Positions 16,247 to 24,900 of a stretch of 64,000 nucleotides of DNA are shown here, piece by piece (position 1 is the stretch's first letter; each line of letters starts with the position of its first letter). Source of the DNA: Kiritimatiellia bacterium (lineage in GTDB: Bacteria > Verrucomicrobiota > Kiritimatiellia > CAIQIC01 > JAGNIJ01). Where the stretch lies: positions 155,384 through 219,383 of the forward strand of contig JAGNIJ010000001.1 in assembly GCA_018001225.1 (NCBI GenBank), written 5' to 3'. A model generated the notes under the pieces. The model made no database searches and was not told where the DNA came from. It saw only the letters and a program-made list of their open reading frames with translations. The position numbers were made by a program, and so were the translations under genes.

Positions 16247-18396
16247 CCCCGCCGTTCCGGAGGAAAATCAGGGCGGGGCTCGCGCTGCTGGCCTATCTCG
16301 TCGGGGCGATCTTCCTGGCCGCCGCGGTTTCCGTGGCCGTTGTACGGCTCATGCCCTATGTCCCCCCAGGCGTGGTGGAGGCGGTGCTTCGGAAGGGGCC
16401 GGAAAAGGTCACGGCCCGCTGCTTGCAGGGATTCCTGATCCTGCTCCTTCCCTGGCTGATCAAGCGGCTCGGTTGGCGGGGCTGGCATGACCTGGGCTTT
16501 TCGGCGGAAGACAGTCCGGCGGCCCGGCCGGGGTTTCAGCAACTCGGTCGCGGCCTCGTCTTCGGCCTTCTGACCATGGGCGTGGTCGTCGTGGCCATGA
16601 CGTCCGCCGGGGCGCGGATGCTGGAGCCGGCCCGCCTCTGGAACCTGAACCCGCTGAACCTGCTCTTCTACGCCGCCGCCGCCCTGGCCGTGGGCTTTTT
16701 CGAGGAGGCCCTGGCCCGCGGGATCCTCTTCCGGGTGCCCGCCCGGATCTGGGGTGCCCTGCCCGCCGCCGCGGTCGGCAGCGTCCTGTTCTCCCTGGCC
16801 CATTTCGCGGATGTCGATCCCGCGGCCTTTCGGTATGCGTCCTACTGGACCTCGGTCGCGGCCGTGGTGAAATCCCTGCTGGCGAAGCCGGAAATCACGG
16901 GCGAATTCGCCGTCCGCGCCCTGAACCTGGCCCTGCTGGGCGGCGTGCTGTGCGCGTTCGTCGCCCGCACGGGAACAATCTGGTTCGCCATCGGCGCGCA
17001 TGCCGCCTGGGTGTTCGTCATCCGGCTCAACAGCCTGCTGACGGCGCACGTGCCCGGTTCGGGCGGCGGCTGGTGGGGCGGGCTGAAGTCCGACGGCACG
17101 GATTCGCCCTGGACGCTGGCGATCATGGCGGCGATGCTGGCGGCCGCGCTCTGGTGGCCGCGGTCCAGCCCCAAGAAACCGCAACTCGCGGCCGTGACGC
17201 CCGTGCCACCATTCTGGGAGCCGCCGTGGTCGCGCTGGGCGTGGGGGCTGCTGCTGGCGACCGCGTTCGCGGTGCCGTTCTCCATCGCCCTCGCGCAGAC
17301 CTGCGGCGGGCTATGCCTGGTCTGCATGGCGGCGGCCGTCGCGCGCCGTCGGCTCCGACTCGAGATCCCGCGGCTCTTCTGGCCGGCGCTAGCCTTCGCC
17401 GTCATCGCCGTCCTGTCCGTGGTGCTGGGGCCGGAGCCGTTCCGGCTGGTGAAAAAAACGGGGCGCCTGGTCTGGTTCCTGTTCATCCCCGCCGCGGCCA
17501 TGCTGGCCCCGACCGTGCCGCGCCGTACGGCGCTGCTCAAGGCCTTCGCCCTCGGCAGCGGCGTGCTGGGGCTGAAGATCGTCCTCCTGAATTCCTGGAC
17601 GGCCTGGCGCGGCGAATCGGAACTGCTGGCCAACGTCCCCGATTTCTTCGGGCGGCTCGTGGCGTTGGGGTCGATGACCGCGGGCCAGATGCTGATGATC
17701 GGGCTCCTGGCGACCGCGGCCCTGTTTTTATGGTGGCGCTCCCGGGGAGGGATCGCGCGCGCGTGGTGGGCGCTGGCGGCCGCGCAGGCCGCCGGGCTGA
17801 TCCTTAACTTCAAGCGCGGCTCGTGGATCACGGCCGTCCTGCTCGGCGCGGGCAGCCTGGTCGCGCGGCGGCGCTGGCTGTGGCTGCTCGGCCTGCTCGC
17901 GCTGGTCGGCGCCGCCCTGTGCGCGCACCCGGTCCGCGGCCGCGTGGAACAGCTCCAGGGCGAATGGGATTCGCACGGCGGCGGGCGGCTGACCATGTGG
18001 ACGCGCATCGCGCCGGCCCTCGTGGAGCAGTACCCGCTCGGCGTGGGCTACCGCTCCGTGACGCCCGCCCTGCTCCGGCGCATCGAGCCCAACGTCGAAC
18101 GCCGCCGCAACCATCTCCACTCGAACCCGGTCCAGGTGCTCGTCGAAACGGGCTGGATCGGCCTGCTGGTCTACCTCGCCTGGATGGGCCTGGCCGCGGC
18201 GGAAGCCGCGCGGCGCCTTCGCGCCGCCCCGGAGTCCGGCGAAGCCCGCGCCCAGGCCGTGGCCTTCACGTGGATGCTCGCGGGACTCCTGCTCAACGGG
18301 CTCGTGGAATATAACTTCGGCGACACGGAATTAATGATCGTGCTGGCGGTTGTCCTCGGCGCGCTCTCGGCCGACCCCCGGGAGGGCCCGGCATGA
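16243..18396 (+). CDS. fusion protein: CPBP-family intramembrane glutamic endopeptidase (CAAX protease/Abi) at the N-terminus and an O-antigen ligase (Wzy_C/WaaL-like) domain at the C-terminus
   Basis: N-terminal FFEEALARGILF ... FSLAHF (the EExxxR and FxxxH motifs of CPBP proteases). C-terminal NHLHSNPVQVLVETGWIGLLVYLAWMGL matches the O-antigen ligase signature (H...Y...E.G..G). The ATG at 16243 overlaps the upstream stop (ATGA); the ORF-track start at 16072 is an upstream extension. Confidence 0.7.
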   Translation: MTPPFRRKIRAGLALLAYLVGAIFLAAAVSVAVVRLMPYVPPGVVEAVLRKGPEKVTARCLQGFLILLLPWLIKRLGWRGWHDLGFSAEDSPAARPGFQQLGRGLVFGLLTMGVVVVAMTSAGARMLEPARLWNLNPLNLLFYAAAALAVGFFEEALARGILFRVPARIWGALPAAAVGSVLFSLAHFADVDPAAFRYASYWTSVAAVVKSLLAKPEITGEFAVRALNLALLGGVLCAFVARTGTIWFAIGAHAAWVFVIRLNSLLTAHVPGSGGGWWGGLKSDGTDSPWTLAIMAAMLAAALWWPRSSPKKPQLAAVTPVPPFWEPPWSRWAWGLLLATAFAVPFSIALAQTCGGLCLVCMAAAVARRRLRLEIPRLFWPALAFAVIAVLSVVLGPEPFRLVKKTGRLVWFLFIPAAAMLAPTVPRRTALLKAFALGSGVLGLKIVLLNSWTAWRGESELLANVPDFFGRLVALGSMTAGQMLMIGLLATAALFLWWRSRGGIARAWWALAAAQAAGLILNFKRGSWITAVLLGAGSLVARRRWLWLLGLLALVGAALCAHPVRGRVEQLQGEWDSHGGGRLTMWTRIAPALVEQYPLGVGYRSVTPALLRRIEPNVERRRNHLHSNPVQVLVETGWIGLLVYLAWMGLAAAEAARRLRAAPESGEARAQAVAFTWMLAGLLLNGLVEYNFGDTELMIVLAVVLGALSADPREGPA

Positions 18397-20573
18397 AACT
18401 CTCTCCGGCGCCGCGGGCGACGCCCAGCCGCTACACGGGCCACTTCGACGCCGAGTACTGGGAGCCGGGCCTGCCGGAAAAGATGGAAACGCTGCCCGCC
18501 CTTCTCGCGGCCGGCGAGACGGTCCAGGTCGGCGGGCGCAGCCGCGTGGTCCGGCTGGTCCTCTACAAAAAACGCCGGCCGGTGGAAGTCGCCGTCAAGT
18601 CGTTCGGCCGCGCGTCGCTGCTCAAGGACCTCTCGGACCGGCTGCTCGGCACCAAGGCCCGGCGCTCGTGGGAGGCGGCCGAGCGGCTGCGCGAGCGGGG
18701 CGTCGGCACTCCCGCGCCCGTCGGCTACCTGGAGCGCTGGCGCGGGCCGCGGCTCCTCGAATGCTATTACTTCTCCGAGTACGTCCAGGGCCTGGCCAGC
18801 TTCCGCAACGAGTTGATCCGTCTCTACCGCCGGGATCCCGACTGCGGGCGGCTGATGACGCTGCTGGAGACCGTCGCCCGCGCCGTGCGGGCGCTGCACG
18901 AGGCGGGCGTGTTCCACGGCGACCTCGGCAACCAGAACATCCTCCTGCGCCGCGCGGGGCCTGACGAATGGCGCGACGTCCAGTTCGTGGACCTGAACCG
19001 CGCCCGGCTCCGCGCCGTTCTCTCGAATCGCGACCGCGCCCTCGACCTTTCCCGCCTCACGCTGCCCTCCGATTTCCTGCGCGTGTTCATCGAGATGTAT
19101 TTCGCCGCGCCGCCTCCCGCCGGCTTTCTGCGCTGGGAGCGTCATTTCCGCCGCGCCTTTGCCCGTCACACGGCCAGCCGGAACATCCGGCATCCCTTCC
19201 GGGCGCTCAAGGAAAAAGGGCGGCCGAGCCCGCCGGAAACGACGTACCCGCCCGAGCCGGAGATCTGGATCTGGGACGAGCGTTCGGGCCAGGCCATCGG
19301 CGCCCTGCAGCCCCGGGACCGCCGGCGCTATTATCCCGCGGGCAACGCGTTCCGCACGGCCGGGGCCGTGCTGCGCGCCACTCTTCCGGTTCGACGCCAG
19401 TACCGGAGGCTCCTCCCCGAGTGCTACGCGAAGCCGGTGGAATTGCGGCACCGGTTCGGCGTCGCGCTGCATCCGGAGGAGCCGACCGTCGAACGGGAAC
19501 TGGCCCTGCTGGACGGACTCGGGCGCATCCCGGTGATGCTTCGCTTCTACCATCATCGCGGCCCGGCGCACTGGGAGTTCACGGCCCGGGTGGCCCGCGA
19601 CCTCCGGGCGCGGGGCTGCCCCGTGGCCGCGGCACTGGTCCAGGACCGCGCCGCGGTGCGCGAGCCGGAGCGCTGGAAGGCCTTCGCCGAGCAGGTGCTG
19701 GAGCAGGCGGACGGCGTGGCGGACTGGATCGAGGTGGGCCACGCGGTGAACCGGGTGAAATGGGGCGTGTGGGACTGGCGCGAGTACGGGCGGCTGGCGC
19801 GGGCCGTCGCGGAGTTGGCGCCTCGGCATCCCAAGTTGAAGTTCATGGGGCCCGCGGGCATCGACTTCGAATACCCGTCGGTGCTGGCGCTCCTTGAGCA
19901 GGCGCCGCCCGGCTTCCGGTTTCACGCCCTGTCGCATCATCTCTACGTGGACCGGCGCGGGGCGCCGGAGAACACGCAGGCGGGATTCGATCTCGAACGG
20001 AAGTGCGCGTTGGCCCGCGCCATCGCGGCGGCGTCGCCGGCCTGCGAGGACCGGCTGATCCTCTCCGAGGTCAACTGGCCGCTGAAGGGGCAGGGGGTGT
20101 GGTCTCCGGTCGGGTCGCCCTACGTCTCGCCCGGCCCGCGGTCCGGCGACCCGAGCGTGTCGGAACAGGACTACGCCGACTTCATGATCCGCTACCTGGC
20201 GATGGCTGTCTGTTCGGGCATGGCGGAGCGCGTGTACTGGTGGCGGCTCGTGGCGCGGGGTTACGGCCTGGTGGACGACACCGACCCCGCGGCCTGGCGG
20301 CCGCGCCCGGCGTACGAGCAGCTCAAGTTTTTCCTGGGGCTCCTGGGGGGCGGGCGATTCCTGCGCCGGATGCCGGCGCCGGGGAGCGAGCGCCGGCTGA
20401 CCTTCGAGACGGCGGAGGGCCGACCCGTGGTGCTGGCCTGGTCCAGCCGCGGTTCCGCTGAAACCATGAACCCTGAAGGCGGTTCCGCCGTGCTGGATGC
20501 GCGGGGCCGGGAAATGTCCGGGATGATTGCCCTGGGCGGAGCGCCGGTGTATTTAATGGATCGTCATGCATAA
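18393..20573 (+). CDS. fusion protein: lipopolysaccharide kinase (Kdo/WaaP family, PF06293-like) at the N-terminus and a TIM-barrel glycoside-hydrolase-like domain at the C-terminus
   Basis: Kinase catalytic loop VFHGDLGNQNILL and DLNRA (the DFG equivalent). The C-terminal 450 aa carries a GH-clan-A-like ...WIEVGHAVN... and ...LILSEVNWP... pattern. The ATG at 18393 overlaps the upstream stop (ATGA). Confidence 0.6.
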   Translation: MKLSPAPRATPSRYTGHFDAEYWEPGLPEKMETLPALLAAGETVQVGGRSRVVRLVLYKKRRPVEVAVKSFGRASLLKDLSDRLLGTKARRSWEAAERLRERGVGTPAPVGYLERWRGPRLLECYYFSEYVQGLASFRNELIRLYRRDPDCGRLMTLLETVARAVRALHEAGVFHGDLGNQNILLRRAGPDEWRDVQFVDLNRARLRAVLSNRDRALDLSRLTLPSDFLRVFIEMYFAAPPPAGFLRWERHFRRAFARHTASRNIRHPFRALKEKGRPSPPETTYPPEPEIWIWDERSGQAIGALQPRDRRRYYPAGNAFRTAGAVLRATLPVRRQYRRLLPECYAKPVELRHRFGVALHPEEPTVERELALLDGLGRIPVMLRFYHHRGPAHWEFTARVARDLRARGCPVAAALVQDRAAVREPERWKAFAEQVLEQADGVADWIEVGHAVNRVKWGVWDWREYGRLARAVAELAPRHPKLKFMGPAGIDFEYPSVLALLEQAPPGFRFHALSHHLYVDRRGAPENTQAGFDLERKCALARAIAAASPACEDRLILSEVNWPLKGQGVWSPVGSPYVSPGPRSGDPSVSEQDYADFMIRYLAMAVCSGMAERVYWWRLVARGYGLVDDTDPAAWRPRPAYEQLKFFLGLLGGGRFLRRMPAPGSERRLTFETAEGRPVVLAWSSRGSAETMNPEGGSAVLDARGREMSGMIALGGAPVYLMDRHA

Positions 20574-21300
20574 AGCCGTGAGCGAATCCGTGGAACTTTC
20601 CGTCATCATGCCGGCCTTCAACGAGGAGGCCTGCATCGAGGGGACCGTGCGCGAGGTGCATGAGGTTCTGCTCGGGACCGGGCGCCCCTTCGAGATCATC
20701 GTCGTGGACGACGGCTCGACGGACGCCACGCCGGCGCGGCTCCAGGCGCTGGCGGCGGAGTTGCCGGGCCTGCGCGTGATCCGCCTGACGCCGAACTCCG
20801 GCCAGAGCGCGGCGATGAAGGCGGGCTTCCGGGCGGCCCGCGGAGGCCTTCTCGTCACGATGGACGCCGACGGGCAGAACGATCCGGCGGAGATCCCGCG
20901 CCTGCTGGAGCGGCTGGAGCGCTGCGACGTCTGCTGCGGCTATCGCGAGAAGCGGCAGGACACGCTGGCCAAGCGGGTGGGCAGCCGGTGGGCCAACGCG
21001 ATCCGGAACCGGGCGTTGAAGGAGCAGGTTCGGGATACCGGCTGCACGCTCAAGGCATTTAAAGCAGAGTGGGCGCGGGATCTGCCCCTGGAGTGGCGGG
21101 GCATGCACCGGTTCCTGCCCGCGCTGATGGCGATGCGGGGGGCGCGGATCGAGGAGCTCCCCGTGCATCACCGGGCCCGCGCGGGCGGCCGCAGCAAGTA
21201 CACCAACTGGGGCCGGCTGAAGGAAACAATCTGGGACCTCTGGGCCGTGCGCTGGATGCAGAAGCGCCACCGGCGTTTCACGGCGGAGGAGCAGGCGTAG
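20566..21300 (+). CDS. GT2 polyprenyl-phosphate glycosyltransferase (Dpm1/ArnC/GtrB-like)
   Basis: LSVIMPAFNEEACIEGTV...IIVVDDGSTDAT...VTMDADGQNDP are the canonical motifs of dolichol-phosphate-mannose-synthase-like GT2 enzymes. The gene overlaps the upstream stop. Confidence 0.8.
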   Translation: MHKAVSESVELSVIMPAFNEEACIEGTVREVHEVLLGTGRPFEIIVVDDGSTDATPARLQALAAELPGLRVIRLTPNSGQSAAMKAGFRAARGGLLVTMDADGQNDPAEIPRLLERLERCDVCCGYREKRQDTLAKRVGSRWANAIRNRALKEQVRDTGCTLKAFKAEWARDLPLEWRGMHRFLPALMAMRGARIEELPVHHRARAGGRSKYTNWGRLKETIWDLWAVRWMQKRHRRFTAEEQA

Positions 21301-21306
21301 TGCCGG

Positions 21307-21972
21307 TTACGGCGTGACCCAGACCTTGGTCCGGTAGCAGGCGTTCGTGCCGCCGGCTTCGTCCGCCTCGTGCAGGCCGTCCGCAGCGGCGTCAAAGACG
21401 GCCCCGATATCGGTCCAGGCGCCGGCGGCCAGATTGCTGCACACCTGCAACTGGTAGCTGTGCCCCGCCTTGACGCCCCAGGTCAGCCGCGTGCCGGCCT
21501 CCGGCGCCGCGCCGACATCGAGCAACTGGAAGAATTCGTCGCGGTCGGTCAGCGACGTGCCCGCGATGGCCTCCTCAAGGTCGCCCACCTCGTCGCCGTC
21601 GGTGTCCCCCGAGGTCGGGTCGCCGCCGAACAGGAACTCGTTGCTGTTGACCAGCCCGTCGCCGTCGTAATCCGCGGCGCCGGTCCGCGCCAGGTCCCCG
21701 AAATACGCGATCTCGTTCCCGTCGCGCATTCCGTCCGCGTCGGCATCCTTCGTGTCGCCGAAGGCGTACATCGCGAGGTTCGTCCGGTTGCCGTTGGCGT
21801 CGTAAAAGTACCGGAGGCCCGCGTTGGTGACGACGCCGACCGAGTACCCGGCCGCGGTCAGCCGGCCGGCCGCGTCGTAGAAGTAGCGCACCTTCTCCGC
21901 CGCCCGCCCGGCGGCGGCGACCAGGAGCAGGGCGGCTGCCAGGAGTCCCGTTTTCATCATCGCCTTCATCAT
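21307..21972 (-). CDS. secreted YD-repeat / TSP3-like calcium-binding repeat protein with a conserved C-terminal tail, translationally coupled to the RHS gene
   Basis: Signal peptide MMKAMMKTGLLAAALLLVAAAGRA. Two YD repeats (RYFYDAAGRLTA, RYFYDANGNRTN). Asp-rich DxDxDG repeats (DADADGMRDGNE, DYDGDGLVNSNE, DTDGDEVGD). A tail ...SYQLQVCSNLAAGAWTDIG...CYRTKVWVTP. The ATG overlaps the RHS stop (ATGA). Confidence 0.6.
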   Translation of the reverse strand: MMKAMMKTGLLAAALLLVAAAGRAAEKVRYFYDAAGRLTAAGYSVGVVTNAGLRYFYDANGNRTNLAMYAFGDTKDADADGMRDGNEIAYFGDLARTGAADYDGDGLVNSNEFLFGGDPTSGDTDGDEVGDLEEAIAGTSLTDRDEFFQLLDVGAAPEAGTRLTWGVKAGHSYQLQVCSNLAAGAWTDIGAVFDAAADGLHEADEAGGTNACYRTKVWVTP

Positions 21973-24900
21973 TCGTAATCCCCGGCCTGGATGAAATCGC
22001 CCGAAGAACCCGCGCCGCCCTCCGTCGCGATCACGGACAACTGGTCCTGCTGCGCGGGCCAGTCCACGGCCCGGACGCTGTCGCCCCCGCCTCCGCCCCC
22101 GCCCATGATCCGCTCGATGAGATTCCAGACGGCGTCCGCCTGGCTCCTGGCCTGGATGGCCGTGTTCTCATCCAGGACCGCCGTGGGATTGAGCGGCTGC
22201 GCGGGGCTCGCGACGGCCGACAACGGATTCAAGTCGCCTCCGCCCCCCCCCAGCGATCCGTTGTATTCGATGAGCCGCCACTCGCGGAGCATCCGTTCTA
22301 TATCCCGCGCTCTTTTCTTTTCCCAAAACCGCTGATACCTCTCTTGGTTCTTCGCGCGTTCTCGATACATCTTCGCCATTTCGCCGGCGTGTTCCATTTG
22401 TGATCTATGGTGAGCAATCGCCTCCTTCACGCTGTACTGTACGGGAACTCGAACGGGTACTTTTTCAATAGCCGTCGGAGTCGGTCTTTCCCACACGGTT
22501 CTATACGCCGTGTACGTAAGAACCCCCCTGGCCGCTTGTTCCTCCCGGAAGATCGCGGCCTTCAGGTCATCCCGCGCGGTCTGTTCCCAGCCTTGCGCCT
22601 TTGCGATGAACTCTTCAGGCGATCGTCGCGCTTCATAGTCGAGCAGAGCGTAGGTCCAGGCTGTTTGCTGCTCGCACATGACCTGTGCAGCAGCGTCGCT
22701 TAGGAATGGAGACTCGGGAGCCAGGCCATTCACGTCGCTATAGTCGCTGGGCGCGTTCCAGGCGTACGGGTAGGGATTGAGGGATTGCGGCTCGGCGAGG
22801 TCGGGCCACAGCGGCTCGGGCGACAGGAACCGGCCCGTATCGGCGTCGAGGTAGCGCGCGCCGGCCTGGTAGAGCGCGCCGCCCGCGCCCTCCCGGCGCA
22901 CGCCGTGCCGGCCGAGAAACGTGAAGGGCTGGTCGTTCGTTCCCTGGTGCGCGAGCGGCCGGCCGAAGGGCGTGTAGGCATACGCGTCCGCGATCCCGCC
23001 CGCGCCGTCCGTCAGGGCCAGCGTGCTGCCCGCCCGGTCCCCGTGATAGAAATACGCCTTGTTCCCGTCGGCGGCGTCCACGAGGTAGAGCAGCTCGCCG
23101 CCGGGCGTCCACACGTAGTAGCGCCGGGAGGTCCCGGTCGCCGCGTCCTGCTCGGCGACGATCGGCGCGCCGTACAGCCCGTACGCGCGGTGATAGCGCG
23201 TCGTGACGTCGCCCTCGGCGCGGCTGACCAAGGCGCCCAGACCGTCATAGGAGAGCGCCGCGCCGGCGGCGCGAACGAGCCGGCCGGCCGCGTCCCATTC
23301 GAACGCGCCGCCCGGCGAGTTGGTCAGCCGGCCATTCGGATCGTGGGCGTAGCCGGCCGAGGCGATCTGCGAGGCGTCGTCGTAGACGAGTGGACGGTTG
23401 GTGCTGAACAGGCTCTCGGCGACGGACAGCGGCGCCTCGCTCTCCATCTCCGTCACGGAGCCCGCCGCGTCGTAGGTGCAGCGCAGGTCCAGCACGGCGC
23501 CGTCCACGATCCGCGTGATCCGGCCCGCACCGTCGCGCGTCAGCTCGGCGTCCTGCCCGTTGGACCGCTGGAGGCCGGCGACCCGGCCGTCGGCGTCGTA
23601 GGCCAAACGCACCCACGCGCCGCTGGCCGAGTCCGCGACGTTGGTCACCAGCCCGCGGGCGTCATAGGCGTAGGTCACGGTCGGCCCGCCGGGATAGCCC
23701 ACCGCGACCAGCCGGCCTTCGGCATAGGAGACCGTGACGGTCCCGCCGCCGCACACGGAACGAATGACCCGGCCCTCGGCGTCGTAGATCAGGTCAATAC
23801 CGTTCCCGCTCACCGGGCGCCCGGCCGCGTCGTACCCGAAGGACAGGTTGAGCCCGCCGCTGAAGGCGCTGTTGGTCAGGTTCCCGGCCGCGTCGTACGC
23901 CAGGGTCATCGTTACGCCGTCGGACCGGTTCATCTCGTGCAAGCGGCCGTAGAGGTCGTGGGTGTACGTGGTGGTCCGCCCGAGCGGATCGGTTTTCCGG
24001 ACGAGGCGCCCCATCGCGGTATACCCGAATGTCCACGCCCGGCCGTTCCGGTCCAGGAGATTCGTCACCAGCCCGAGGGTATTGTGCTGGAACGCCGCCG
24101 ATCCGCCGTCGGATTCCGTCACGGCGGCCAGGCGCCCCTCGGCGTCGTAGGCGTAGTGCGTCGCGCGGCCGGCCGGGTTCGTGACCGCGACCAGGCGGCC
24201 CAGGGCGTCCAGCGAGTACGACTCCGCCTCGCCCAGGGCGTTGGTCATGGACGTCACGCGGCCCACGGCGTCCCGGCCCAGCGCGAGACGCAGGCCCGCC
24301 GACGAGGTCCGTGAAACCGGCCGTCCCTCGATGTCGAAAGAGAACTGGCTCTCTTCGCCGGCCGGATCGGCGGCGGTCGCCAGGTGGCCGGCGAGGTCGT
24401 ACCCGAACGTGTTCGTGCCGCCGGACGGAAGCACCACCCCGCGGACACGGCCCATGACGTCGTAGAGGAACCGCGTCGTCTCGCCCTCCCGGTTCGTGGT
24501 TGCGACGACCCGGTCCATCAGGTCGTAGCCCGCCGCGGCGGTTTCTCCGAGCGGGTCCACGGAGCGCGCGAGCCGGCCGTTGGCGTCGTAGTTGAATGCG
24601 ATGCCCTGGCCCAGGGCATTGGTCGCGCCGGTGATCCGGTCGTCCGCGTCGTACGCGAGAGCGGTTCCCTCCCCGTCCACGTTGGTTGTGGCGACGGGCC
24701 GGAACGCCTCGTCGTAATAGTAACGCAGGGTCCCGAGGTCGGCGTCGCGGGTCCAGGCGAGGGTCCCGTTGGTGGTGTAGGTGTACGACAAGGTCTGCCC
24801 GTTCTCGCTCCAGTTCACGGTGTACGCCTGCGTGTTATAGGCGTAGGTGGAGACCCCGCCGGCGGGGTTGGTGACGGACGTAATCTGGCCGCGCTCGTTG

